A model generated the notes under the pieces. The model worked only from the letters and a program-made list of their open reading frames with translations, was not told the origin of the DNA and did not search any database. From NCBI RefSeq assembly GCF_000315625.1, contig NW_005434655.1, forward strand, positions 552,528-616,527: a stretch of 64,000 bases of DNA, given 5' to 3'. Position numbers and translations under genes: made by a program. Position 1 is the stretch's first letter, and each line of letters opens with the position of its first letter. The stretch comes from Guillardia theta CCMP2712. Taxonomy: Eukaryota > Protista > Cryptophyta. This document shows, piece after piece, positions 37,082-50,100 of this stretch.

Positions 37082-37554
37082 CCTCCTTGGACCTTGCCGG
37101 CCTCTACCAGCCAAGGGATAGGATCCTTGTGGAGGGCAGGAGGGAGGGGGGAGGGGGGGCTAGGATGGAGTTCCAACTTGATGTTTCTTGTCTTCTTTGG
37201 GCAGATGACTCTCAATGTTCCGTTGTTACCTTGCTACTGGTTTGTGATCTAGTCGACGTGAAAATTCTGCTGATTTTGCGGATTCTTCCTGAAGAGCAAA
37301 TTCAGCAGATTTTTCATATTTCCTCGTCCTCGTCCTCGTCCTCCTCGTCCTCGTCCTTCTCCTCGTGCTCCTCGTGCTCCCCCCCCCCCCCCCCTCCTCC
37401 TCCTCAGCTTCGATTAAGTCTAGTCCATCCCTTCATGCTCCTTTCCTCTTTCGCTCCTCTCCTCCCTCCCTTCATCCTTCAGACATTTTCCCACTGCATC
37501 CATTCGCACGTGAAAATCGATGAGCGGGGATGAGGGCTATACCTCTACTCGAAG

Positions 37555-38520
37555 ACTCCGGGACTCTCGCCGCCGCCGGCGCCCCGGCGCCGAGCCGCCC
37601 TCCGAGGCTCGGCCGCCCGGCGGCCCGGCTCGGAGCCCCGGAGGCCGAGTCTTATAGCAAGTTCGGAACTGATGATCAGGCATTTACTCAAAATTAGTAG
37701 GGTTTACTAAAGTTAAGTCATCATGGCAGATAGCCGCGGCCTGAACTTGGAATGAGACTCGGAGGCTCCGACGCATCAGTGTAGTACCGGCCGGGCATCA
37801 CTCCGACTGGCAGGCTGTGACCGCCGCCGACCATGACTGCACCCACGATGATGCGGCAGCGAAGGACAGGGAGGCCTTGGGCTGACGAAAGATCCTGGTG
37901 AACCGGATGCGTCACGTTTGCAAGTCGGATCAGAACCTGGTTTCGGATCAGAACCCCGCGCCGGGCCCGGCGCCGGGCCCGGGCCGGTGGCCGGGCTACA
38001 CGGTGTTACTGCTAGTACACGCCGCCGACCGGGAGTCTTTCAAAGCATCGGAAGCCGGGCGGGCCTGGAAGTTTCCGCCCAACTACCCCCATTTGAAGAC
38101 CCTTACCCCACCAATTTGTTCCCTGATCATTATCACCCTACAATAGTTAGTCAAATATACCCGTCTAGTAACAGATTAGAGTACCCCTACCCGTCAATAA
38201 TATAGATCTGTTACAGGCCACCCCACCTCCAATTTCCCTAATTACGGCGTCGATTACCCCCACCCCACATCAAAATCTTTGCACCCCCTCATTCTCTCGT
38301 TTGAATCACCACCCCACCCGTACACACATCCCTGACCCACCCTTACCTTGTGAAAAAGTTTGTACCCCACTTTTGAACATATAAAATACCCTCACTGATA
38401 CCTCCACCCACCCGTGTCATCCATTTAGGACCCTACCATAGTTGGCCCTACCCCCGTTTATCAAATGAAACCCTACCCCCAAGTCCCAACAGATATGTAC
38501 CCCAACCCATATCTCACCAT
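37555..38520. promoter_or_regulatory. intergenic module: CCGG island (37555-38070) + TACCCC tract (38080-38520)
   Basis: Lies between the divergent WDR18 and FAM151 genes. Same grammar. Confidence 0.55.
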
Positions 38521-38616
38521 TTCTACCTCCTCCATGCGGTGGCAGCAGGCGCAGCCTATGGCGGAGGCTACGAGGACTGTGAGGTTAACAGAGAGCCCTG
38601 AGTTCGCAATCTGAAC

Positions 38617-40474
38617 ATGAGCAACATGGTTGTTTCATCCACCGCCATCCTCGCAAGAAGACTTCCCACCTACGATAACAGCAAGAAGAATGACAGTCAG
38701 GGGAAGCACAAGCATCGCAAGCAACATGGCACTTCGCATCCAGTTCTGCTCGATGTCGTGGATGAGGAGAGGATGCAGGGCAAGGAGTGGGAATGGGAAA
38801 AATCTGGGGAATATGGCAGGAGAGCGATGCAGTGCGGCGAAAATCTGTCGAAAACACTGCATTTTTTTGGAATCTCCAATCCACTTGACGTGAGTTTATG
38901 TTTGACAAAGTTCCGATGATGATATGACGTTTGGCATCGGACAGATCATCTGGAGCCATGCAACAAACAGTTCTGCCAAGCTTGAAAGGGCTCTCAGCAA
39001 AGGAAGCAGCGTCATGTTCCTTGAAGCCGATGTTAACTGGGGTAGCTGCGGATCTTTGAAGGACATAGCAGTCATGGCGCATCCGCCGAGCAGAACGTCT
39101 GATTTGACCTTCCAGGAATTTTGTAATCCATTTGGAATTCTTTTGTTTTCCCTTTGAGATGACTCAGCATGCTCAGGTCTACGAGTTGTGGAGCACAATC
39201 GAGTTTGTCCCCACAATGCTCGGGTCGGGGTCAAGTTCGACTTCAAGGTTCGTTTCCCTCCTTTTCGCGAGCGCTTCTGGCCTGATGCGGCACCCGACCA
39301 GGATCCGAGATGCATAGTTCCTTGTTTAACGTTCCTTAGAGAGCTCGCTGGAAGCAACGAGAGCATTGGGTTTCCAGTGAGTGCTTCCTCTCCCTCCAGT
39401 TCAACAGGTTGATGATTGAACCCTCCAAGGTATTCTTAAACGCCGATGTCTGGATGGGCCCAGGAGGGAAAGTGCCGCAGATCCAGCCATCAGGTGAATC
39501 CTCTGGCAAGAGGATGCAAGGTCTCTGACACAGCTGGCTAGAGTTCTTCGCAGCTTGTTTTGACATCTACCCCGCCGGCACTCTCAGCCCGGTGAGTAGC
39601 TGGGGCAGTCGATCCTTATCAGTGACGAGGACGAAGGGCTGGACCTGCTGGCTGAAGTTTCAAGGGCCGAGTGATGCGGTGAGCCCAAGACTCCTCCTGC
39701 TCTCTGGCTCCATCTCATCAGCTCCTGTAGGCCTCCAGGCTCCTGGACCCCATGGTACTCCAAGGATACGAGTTGGACCACATCGACGATGCCCTCCGCA
39801 CTCTACCTCGGGGCGTCGGGCATGTTACGTTCCCTGTGCACTGCACCATGGCGCGAGTAGGGCACGATGCGATCATCAAGCTGCTAGAGGTTGTCGGTGA
39901 AAGGGTGCGCACAGGGGTTGCTGAGCTGGTGCCGCAGGCTGATGAGAGGTTCACACTGACCGTATGGGGCGAAGCGATGGCAGGAGATGATGAGTGGATG
40001 TTCAAGACGCCAGAGCTGCAAGGTAGGGGAAGCAAATGCTGCGAAGCTGTGCAGTCGCCGAAGCTCACGCGCCTCAGGTCGGATTTTCCGGGATTGTGCG
40101 AAACCAGGAATCTTATCCTACGGCTTGACTTTGGCTCCTCTCTTGTTTCAGAGGGCGACGAGGTAGCGTGCAGTAGAGGCTCTCGTGGGTGCTGAGAGGA
40201 TGGCAGGTCGCTGGCTCTTACGGCCTTCGGAGGGGCGTTCGGGCTGAAGACCCTGTCAGGGTAGGAGCAAGGCTGTTCGAGGAAGGCTCGGGTGACTCTT
40301 GTTCAGGAAAGCAGTCACAGACACCCAGCAAGTCAACGAGGAGAACGAACGCCCAGATGGTACCGATATGCTGAGGAGCGAGTGAGAGAACTCGGCGAGT
40401 CGTTTTGTAAATATGTCAATAGACACAAGATCTTGCAGCTACTTTTTGTACGCGAGGTTGAATTGAATGGCTAA
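38617..40474 (+). CDS. FAM151/menorin-like (DUF2181) protein
   Basis: IIWSHATNS…LEADV…VMAHPPSRTSDLTFQEF…GVKFDFK…LNADVWMGPGG are FAM151 hallmark motifs. The start may be at 38535. Confidence 0.85.
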
Positions 40475-41933
40475 GGAGTCGGGATGGTAGTCAGCTGGAT
40501 TCCTGGTATAGACGCTACTGAGATAGTAGCTTTCTGCATCGCACTGCAAGGTTTCAGCTGACAGGAGGGATACCAGAGGCAACATCCACCTGGATCCCCA
40601 TGGCGCGAAGATACTCGACGATGACGGGAGTTGGGAGCATGACTTCCGCAAGGTCGTTGATCGACTCTCCTGCCAGAGCCTGGGAGGACCGAGGGTCAGG
40701 AGGACCGCCAGAAAGAAGTAACGATCACCTGTGCAGCATCGTTGACGGCCAGGTCGGAGACAAAGACAGTGAACGAGGACTCGCGATCCTCTGCTCGTTG
40801 TAGTGAGAGAGGAGGCGTGTCAAGCTGCTCCCGTACCTCTCCACGAGATCTCGTCCAGCATTCCTGTGCCCCTCTCACCGATGCTGCAGATCCCGTACCT
40901 GCGACCACGGACCATGATTACTGCATCGATATCCTTCTTTCTCCTCCTCCTCCTCCTCCTCCTCCTCCTCCTCCTCCTCCTCCTCTTTATCCCCCTCTTC
41001 TCACCCTCTTGCGGTGTAACATCGCAAGAGCTCCTTCAGGCCCTCATACCACACTGCATAGTCCTGGATCGGGTCCTTCACCCGGTACTTGGCTGCTGAA
41101 AATTCACCTCCGAAGAATGAGGACTGTAAAAATCTTTTCCCAACGCTCTCAACGTATTGCTTCCTGCTCAAAGGACTCGCAAGCCTCGACCCAATCGTGT
41201 GGATCCTCGCATACAGAGCCAGGTTCGCCATCCTCTCATCCATCCAAAGGGCTTCCACAGTCCTCCGCTCATCCAACAGTGATCTTGCTTGCTGTCCGCC
41301 GTCAGGCATCCTGAAGAAGGAAGCAGCCTTTGAGGCAACCTCAGTTTCCTCTGAAGCCAAGGCATCTCCCGCAACCAGACGAAGATCCTCCACAGCTACC
41401 GCCCTGATCAAGTCCCCCAGATCTGAAACAAACGTGGGGTCCACAGAAGGCCTGATTGCCTTCCTCTCCTGAGGAAAGGTCTTCCTCCACATGGAGTCAA
41501 GCTGCAGCAGCTCCGACTCTCCGTAAATCTTCGTCATCGCCACAACCCCACCCCCTAGAATCAGACCGAGCAATGAGCGACGAGCGACAGCGAGGTCCTG
41601 AAGTTTGCCCTCCTTGTCGTCGTCGTCCTCTTCTTCTTGATCATCTTGATCTGACATCCTAGTCGGCATCGAGCATGATGATCTTCTGTGCTCGACGAGT
41701 GCTGATGCCCGGGGACCTCGCCGGTAGAACGATGAAGATACGGCGACGTGAGCAGTTTGCACACAAGGTCCTGGAACTGCCCACCCCATCCCGACATCGA
41801 CCCAGCAGGATAGAAGAGACAGCATCAGGCAGGTAGAGACAAGTGCTGGCCTTGGTCCACCTCTCCTGCTCAACTCATCTCCTCGCTCCTCCAGCTTCCT
41901 CCTTGCTGCCCTCCTTCCCTGATCCTCCACCAT
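40439..41933 (-). CDS. hypothetical protein, probably plastid/thylakoid-targeted
   Basis: 310-aa ORF plus 3' exons ending DSLAIQFNLAYKK. A hydrophobic signal-like stretch, a Ser/Arg-rich transit-like region and a twin-Arg motif ARRSLLGLILGG are present. Confidence 0.65.
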
Positions 41934-41999
41934 CGCCCTTTACGTATTCCTTCCTGTCTCCCTCAACAGGGATCCTTCAACAGGGACGCCCTTTCTCTC

Positions 42000-42290
42000 A
42001 GTGTCGGGCCGCAGCTGACCGAAGGCCCGCCGGCCCCCGGGATCGTTCCGAATGAATTTCACTTAACTTTGATGAGTAAATATGAGCATACTGAAGGTTG
42101 CTATTCAAAGTTAAGTTAATTCTAGGGAGTGAAGTACCCCTCTTCTGTCGTGCACCGTACGGCCAACTGTACCACGGGTCCCGTTTCCTACAAGTACCCC
42201 TTCCGATACCACTCCACCACTCCCCTCCCGGAACTCCCGAACTACCCCCCACCCCACTGATTTGCACTCGGCCTCGGACCCTCGGAGTTG
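42000..42290. promoter_or_regulatory. compact module (CCGG island - AACTT/AAGTT linker - TACCCC tract) between divergent genes
   Basis: ggcccgccggcccccgg, then acttaactttg…aaagttaagttaatt, then gtacccc/ctacccc repeats. Confidence 0.55.
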
Positions 42291-42323
42291 ACAAGCGACC
42301 TCGCAGCGAAAAATCAGTCTACC

Positions 42324-44353
42324 ATGCAGGAGGAGCGCATCATGCAGAGCCTGGAGAGGCTGGAGAAGCTGCATGGCAGTCTTGAGCGCCAGGATTCCAT
42401 GACATCCTTCATGTTGGATGCTATCGACGTCCTCACCCTCTCGGTCTCAGCAGAAGCGAGCGAGCACGATGACTTACCCCAGTGCACGGTGCAGTACTTG
42501 CTGTTCTGGATCTTGTTGTTTGACTCGGTCTTGAACAGTGTGGCATAATTCTGTCTGGATGCTCGATAGGGTGCATCATGGATGGAAGTCCTGCCATGGA
42601 ATGCGGCGCTGTGAGCGTCGGTGATGTGATTGTGAAGGTCGACGGGCAGGAAGTGAGCAGTCAAAACATCGAGGAAGCCATGAAGGGTTGCGACCTTCCA
42701 GGCTCTCTGGTATGGCTGACGGTCAGGAAACGAGATGTGAGTTTCTTGCTCCAGTTTCTTTCATCACAAGGGTTGCAGGGCCTGACTAATGATGCCTTGA
42801 TGCATCGTGTGCGTGTGGGCGACATGTTTCAGCGAACAGTGATGGTACAAGCGCTCGCCCGCTTGCAGAAGGCAGCAGAGGAGGGAGACATGAAGGCAGT
42901 CTCGGCCACAGCTGCAGAAGTGCATCGATGTTGGCAGAAGAACAGTCAGGAAAGCTTGAGAAGTCAGGGAGAGCTGTTGGAAAACTTGCGCAAGGTTGGT
43001 CATGGCTTGAAGAACTGGCTTATCGATTGGAAGAAGGAGCTTGAGACCATGCGCCTGCAATGGAGAGACGCTTTCTATGAGGTACAGGCAGCAAGAGAAT
43101 GTCTTCAACTGAGAGGTCCTTGCGCAGAATGGAGTCATGGCAAATGATCTGGTGCGGTTTGGGAACAAGGCGCTGGAGAAGTCAAAGCATGAGAGTGCTG
43201 AGAAGGCCGAGACAACAGAGAGAGTATTGAGCAACACTAAAGTACCTGATGTAGGATTCTTCAACGAGTCGCCAACAAACCAATCCCCTTCGATCTCTGT
43301 GGAGAATCCAAAGTTGTTCAACGAGTTGCCAACAAACCAATCACCTTCGATCTCTGTGGAGAATCCAAAGTTGTTCAACGAGTTGCCAACAAACCAATCA
43401 CCTTCGATCTCTGTGGAGAATCCAAAGGTGTGTACTCACTAGTGCTTTTCTTGTCTAGATCGCTGATTTTTCATCAGCACGTACAGAAGACGACACCATC
43501 TGAGAGAAACAACGATTCATTACATAGCAATGAATCATCGAGGAAGATTTTCAATGACGACAAGAAAATCGGAGCGAGGTGCCTTGTGGAGAACGATACT
43601 TTCTTCGTGCTAACAATTTCAAACCGACTTGGTACAGAGCAAGGGAAAAACGGGAAAAACGACAAATTTCCGACCCGCTGACACAATTCGAAGAGGCGAA
43701 TGCCAACTTGATGGAAAGTGTTCTTGAAAACGGTATGGTGTTTCCTTCTTGTGTTGCAGTAGGGTGATGATTGAAATTCAGAAATCCTGGGAGTGATCTT
43801 GGCAGCGGATATTGATATTTTTACAGAAAGAGCAAAAGTTGTAGACATCATGCCTGGAAGTTTGATATCCAACCAACGACAACTCTGTGTAAGTCAAAAC
43901 GTGGGTTGAAATGCGAGCGAAAGGTCTGGTGTTAGATAAAACCATAGACTTTTCTGCGTGGAGGAACAGGTAGAAAACAGGACTTGAGATCTGTGAGAGG
44001 TTTCTGCTTTCCTTATCTTACAAGTTTGAAAGGTCGGAGATCTGATTGTAAGCATTGACGGGGAAAAGATCATCAGCGTGGATCATGCCGAATACTGCCT
44101 AAAGCAAGTTCTAGGCTCCAGGAAGAAAGCGATCTTAGACATTGACCGGAAAGGAGTGTTTCACCAGGTCGACATAGATGCGCGGGGACATAATTCTAAG
44201 CATGCGATTCTTCTGCCTGATAAGGAGGATGAGCAGTGGGAAGCCGATGCTGGATCGTATGACCATTCTCCATCAGAAAAATCTTCCGAATTCATGAGCA
44301 AGAAACAACTTCTGGAAGTATTCAAAAGCAAGGAGTACTTGCTAGAGGGATGA
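42324..44353 (+). CDS. PDZ-domain / coiled-coil protein (two PDZ-like segments)
   Basis: MDGSPAMECGAVSVGDVIVKVDGQEV…GSLVWLTV, and a second segment (AKVVDIMPGS…VGDLIVSIDGEK…VLGSRKKAILDIDR). Confidence 0.75.
43260..43430 (+). repeat. coding 57-bp tandem repeat x3 (FNELPTNQSPSISVENPKL)
   Basis: Three near-identical in-frame units. Confidence 0.95.
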
Positions 44354-45094
44354 CAATGGCCGGTCAAGCATTCAATCAATCTTTTATAGTAGTGAAGCCC
44401 AAAACTTGAAACGCTCTGATACCAACTAGAATCATAAATCATACACATCCCTGTTCAACCCTAAAACGTTTGTGACATCTTGCGGCCTGGTGGAAGAGCA
44501 GAATCAGCATTGGATCAAGTGTCGAGGATAGCGCTAGCAGACGTGTTCGGACTTTGATGGAAAATGAGTTTATTCCAAGTCCGAGTCGTTACGATAGATT
44601 CAGCTTCTAGATTCCCCACTGACACTCGGGGACGAGAGACGAGGTGCATCTGAAGCGAGACTGATCTTGCTTGCCTCTTTCTGCCGGCATGGATGTACCT
44701 CCGGACGACATGACGCCAAAAGACATTCGCCACACTGTTGCTCTTCTGAGCCATCGAAACTCTTCAGTCTCGTCCTCTCTTCATCGATGTTCGTTTTTAT
44801 TGCAGTACAACACGCTACTTTCACCACCATGTTGGTTCAGTCTATTCTGACGGTCTTGCCCGCACTGGTCTCAACCATGGCGCATAATAACTGTCCCGCA
44901 ATGTGTTCTTTCATTCAGGCTCGTCGATCGCTACCACTTGGTCGGCCCAAGTCCCATCTTGTCTGTCGAGATGTTGTTCTGATATGCTTCCTTCGTTGCC
45001 GCCCTTCCCACGTATGTCCTCCTATTCAAGCTTCGTCGTGACTATCCCGTGTCAACAAGTCCATCAGCTTCTGATTTCAACACCTGCCTGAAAG

Positions 45095-45830
45095 GTTACC
45101 AACCCTGCAGTACCGGACCCCCTTCACCAGGGCTGTCGCTAGGTGGTTGGTGCGCAACAGTATCATGAAGTCATTCCGGTAACTTTACTGGCAGGTAACT
45201 CTAGAACCATGCCCAACCCCTCATCTCTCCCCTTAATACCCCCACCCTTCCCACCTCCACCCGACCCTCGGCAAGGACGAGCGATTGGCCGCGGTAAGAG
45301 GCGGATTTCATTTTATGTTTTTTTAATGTTTACTACACGGGTTCTTTTTTTTTCTAGTTGTCCCTGTCAGTTAATTAACATTTTGAGGGGCGTCCACCCC
45401 CCCCCCCCCACCCCCCCCACTTCCAAAAATCATCATGTGCCTCCTCGACCACCCACCCCCGAATTTCACAGGTAATGACCCGTACATATTCCGGAAATGA
45501 TCTAAGGAAACAGGGGTACATAAAGACTTGTGGCACCCTACCCATTTAGGCCCCAGTTAACAACCGTGGAACCATCGCAACCCTACCCCACCGACCCCTT
45601 TTACGGTCATTTGCACCCCACAATCTCCCCACCCCCACCCCCTCCGTCAGCCCCACGTTTGATGTCATCACCTCCTATCAGGGTCTTCCCACTCTTAGAG
45701 AACCACCCACCCTCCCACGAGATACGAACAGAACACATGTCCTTTGCCGTACCCCCGAAACCACCCCTGTACCTCCTATCAAAATCACCCCTATTTGAGA
45801 GATATTTTACTATTCCTTACTACACAGTCA
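45095..45830. promoter_or_regulatory. TACCCC/CACCCC-rich tract upstream of the RING gene
   Basis: C-skewed tract like those in the other modules. The GC island is minimal. Confidence 0.45.
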
Positions 45831-46065
45831 CTTTCAGGTCCTCCCCCTCCCCTCCCCTCCCCTTGCCACCTTTCCCTTCCCGTGCCCTTCCGCGTTCTGC
45901 AAGTGAAGATCTGAACGACTCTGCCTGCTATTCGTCTACAAGGCCTTACTACTGTCTGCTGCTTTCGATCCTGCCTCTACTGCCTACTGTCTCCTGTGCT
46001 CACGTTGGAAAAGTGACCAGGGCAAAGATTGAACAGACTTGGTTCCATCCCACAATCCTCAAAGG

Positions 46066-46980
46066 ATGGAGGAAGCTTCGCCAGCTATCACCCACGCGGA
46101 AACTGAAAAGAGAGAAGAAACTAGCGAACAAGTAGCCATTTCGATTGAAGAAGATGAAGCTGCGAATTCGACTTCCCCTGCAGAAGTGCAGGTATGTATA
46201 CTGGGATCAGATTCCTAGTTTTTCAATGCAACCTGATTGCGTGCTCTTGCAGCCTACAAGAATACTTGGACATTCGATCCATGCTGGGTACTTAATGTTA
46301 CAGGGAATTTGGTCAAAGACTGACATGTTGGTCCTTGAAGGCTGGCGATAAATTTCAGCGCACATGTCGACATCTGCGTAGCAAACCTGAAGATCGTTCC
46401 ACATGATGTGAGTACAAGTCTGATAGATGTTCTGCATGGCTTAGAATGGTGGTTTCAGCCATCGGAAATGGATTCATCGCAGTGTGTTGTATGTCTGGAT
46501 GATTTCTCATTGAAACAAGATATCGTGAAACTGGATTGCCAACATTTTTTCCATCGAAGCTGTATTCAAAGGTACGACATGGGTTGTGTGCGCTAGCGCT
46601 TCTTTTGTTATCTTATGTTCATCTTTTCAATTTTTTCAGATCTGATCTTCGCGTTGCAGATGGTTGAGAACACAATATTCGGATTTTTCCAAGTCTTTCT
46701 GTCCAGTTTGCAAGTCAGAGGTGAACACCTTTGTTGTACATGCGCGCATGAAGTAATCCAAGCACGTAGATTCCATGTTTGAAAATTCCTGTGCCCCGTG
46801 AAAATCCACCAGATGCTGCGGAAGAGGTGAGTTAATTCTATCTAGACTCAGTCGTTCTCCTCACTGTACTACCAGGTAAATTACTCAGTTTCGCGAAGCC
46901 GATACTTCATTCTGTTTCAAGTTTTCCTTGTGCTGATCCTCCTGGCCTACATTATGATCTTCTTGATCCGAATTCTATGA
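46066..46980 (+). CDS. RING-H2 E3 ligase with C-terminal transmembrane anchor
   Basis: CVVCLDDF…LDCQHFFHRSCIQR|WL…CPVCK. Last exon FILFQVFLVLILLAYIMIFLIRIL-TGA. Confidence 0.85.
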
Positions 46981-47174
46981 GACCTATCTCACTCGGACAC
47001 AACAAACAGCACAATCACGCATCCACCTGTGGATATGATAACGATGTACTTATACTGAAATCTAACTAAATCAAATTTGAAACATTACCCAAAATATAGT
47101 CCAAAGTGACTCCGTGTCGATAAGAGTTCCTGTCGTCCCGCTCCAATATCAACCTATCTTGGCTCCTTCAGCCT

Positions 47175-50100
47175 TCAATCCAGCAGAAGCAGCTTGGCGG
47201 TCGCTGCAAGGCTCTCAAGCCTCGTTTCCATGCTCCCACTCGCTCCGCTTTTGTGGCGTTGAGGCGTGGGATCACTTGACAGGATCGAGTCATCAGGAAG
47301 CTTCGAATGGGGTGGCGGATCCTCTACGTCTTCCTCTACGTCTTCCTCTACGTCTTCCTCACAGATCTTGGAGCTTGATGGGAGGGAGCAAGCCTGGAGC
47401 TGTGTCAGAGGAGGTAACCATGGCGTCAGGCGGCACCTTGGATTCCACTTCTTCGCTACGTGCTGCTGTCTTGGCTGATGGTATACCCCCAATAGGAGCA
47501 GGAGCAGGAGCAGTAGAGGCGGCTGCTGTAGCTCGCTCGTCGTGTCCCGACACTTGTTCTGTATCGCAGAAAACTGACTTAACACGAGCAAACGACGGTA
47601 AGTTGACATACCAGGCGGTTGAGTGAGAACTTGTTGTGCCTCAACTGCTTGGTCCTTCCGCTCGCTCGGAGAATGTCGACGAGCAGACTCAAGCTCTGCG
47701 TCTGCTACTTGTCGATGGAGCCCTCTGTCATTCCCTTGCCATCGCCTCGCTTCATCCTCCCTTTGCATCCTCCTTAACGTGGCCATTGCTGCGTTTCTCT
47801 CCTTCCTCATCTAAGCTCAAGTATCAAACAAACATGCTCAGGCACGAGTTCAGCAGACCTCCTTCAGAGCCTCCTGGGTTTCCAAGAGTCTGTCCTCCAT
47901 GAGCGACAACTTCAGTCGGTCTTCCTTGTCTGTCTTCTCCTGCAGACAGGAGAGTTGTCGTTCGACCTGGTGTAGGTGCTTACGGGCATGTAGTGAAGTG
48001 ACACTCACAACCTGTCGGATATGCACAACATGCTTCCCGTTCTCCTTCTGGAGTTGCAGGTTCTCGCTCTTCAGCCTTCTCAGTGAGTCTTCAGCAACTT
48101 CATGCGCTTTGTTGAGGTCGAAGGTAGCCTGCTCCCGCTGGGCCTCTAGCAAGATCTTCATCTCAGCCAGCTCTCTTGCCAGCCGTTGGATCTCTTCCGC
48201 CTTCTCCAGCCCGCACTGTTCACAAGCCTGAAAGGCCCTCAGACGGCATGTTATCTACAACCACCTCACCGAGAGTTTCTGACGCTCGTCGGCCAAGAGC
48301 AGAGAGGTCTCGTTCAACAACGATTTGACCCTCTCCAACTCCTCTTTGACTTGCTCGGCTTCTTTCGACATCAGCTCCTGCATCTCCTTGACCTAGTTCA
48401 CCCGTCAACTCGGGGCCATGGCGTCCATCACAGACAAGGACCTTGCTTGCCGTCCTCGCGTCGGCTGTTTGCACAAACCCGGTCAACTTCTCTCGTTCGT
48501 CCAGCAGTCGCTTCACTTCTCCATCAAGTGACAGGCAGCTCATGCAGTCCCTCCGCGCTCCAGCTGACTTGCCCGACACTACAACTGCCGCGGGTTCGAC
48601 CGGACCAGGAGCCTGATGTTGAGCCAATTGACTCCTGCTCTTGTTCACGGGCCTATGAAGCTCGGGGTCTGGAGGAGCGCACCATCTTCGCGCTCTGGCT
48701 CGGAAGAGACCTTGAGCAACAGCAATGCGACGGGAAGCGAAGCAGATCCTCTGCGTGAACGACGTCAACTTGCCGTCCAGCTCGCTGAACACGCGGCAGG
48801 TCGCCAAAATCGCTTCTATCTCGTCTCGATACTTCTTCGGTCTGCTCTTCTTGCTTCGCTCACCCGTCTCGTGCATCTTGCTGAACATGGAGGTCAAAGC
48901 TTGCAGGGTTGAAGCAACCTCCCCATGCTGCTCTTCGAAAGTGGTGATGCTTCTCTTCATCCTCGTCAAGGAATCTTCCGCGGTCGCAACCCTCTGCCTC
49001 TCCATATCTCTCTCTTGACACCGCAAGTGCGCCTCCGCCTTGAGCGAGATCTGTCAAGAAGTGTCAGAAGAGTCTTCAGTGTGGCCTCTTGATGATTGCC
49101 GAGCAATCTGAGCAGAGACGGAAGGTGTGGAGGAGGAGTACGGTAGCAGTAGTAGCAGGGGGGGGGGAGGGAAGGAGACGGCATACCTCTCGTTGTTGAT
49201 ACTTCTCGATTTGAGATTGTTGCAATGTCAACTGATCATTCCGATGTTAGACACTCTCTGCCTCATCTCCCTCGCCCACCTCATCAGTCATCTCGTCGAT
49301 TTGCCTGACGAGTCTTGCCTTCTCGATCTCGTAAGTGTTCTCCCTTGCCTTCAACTCCAACAGCACTGCAAACACTTGGCTTCTCCATTCCTTGACCATC
49401 TTTGTGCAGAACTCATTCACAACATCCCGCGTTTCTTCGCCTTTCCATCCGCGGCTCTTGCCCACTTCAGTTGTTTTCCTCTCCAACTCCGACATCCACT
49501 TGTCCTGCACCTTCAAAATCTCTTGATTGGCTTCAAGTTGCATTTCCAACAGCCGAATCCTGTCTTGCACACCATCGCAGTCCTGCATCATCCCGTCAGC
49601 AAGTTTGAAAGCGTCCTGCATTCGCTCGTACCTCTCTCACGAGCACCTCCCCATGCTCCTCAGTTCGGTTCTGACAGGAGGACGAGTCCTCACATCGCTC
49701 CTCAGTCTCAGCCCCCTTGGTAAAGATGTAGGATTTCAGGCTCTGTATCTGCCACATGGCTTCAATTTTGTATCCAACAGCAACGACTTTTGACATTCGC
49801 ACCTCCGACGATTTCTCCTTGAGGGCCAAGGACAGCTCAGCTACCTTCTTGTCACATTCCTCCAGCTTCTGCTCCAGCTGAGAGACGTCGGACTGAAGGC
49901 TCCGCACCCTGGCTCGCTCGCACGAGAGCTCGTGGTTGCATCGTTCAAGTTTGACCTCCAGAGTCTGCAGTGGCAGGAGGATGAGAGGTTGGGGAGCGAG
50001 CACAAGGATGGGCTTACGTTGCAGAGCTCACTTTTGTGGAGAAGGGCCTTTTCAAGTTGATCATTCTTCTCCGCCATCCTCTGAACCTGTTCGTCGTTGA

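Noticed and set aside
44500-45050. Possible small minus-strand gene
   Set aside because: Only short ORFs, with no recognisable domain or consistent exon chain.
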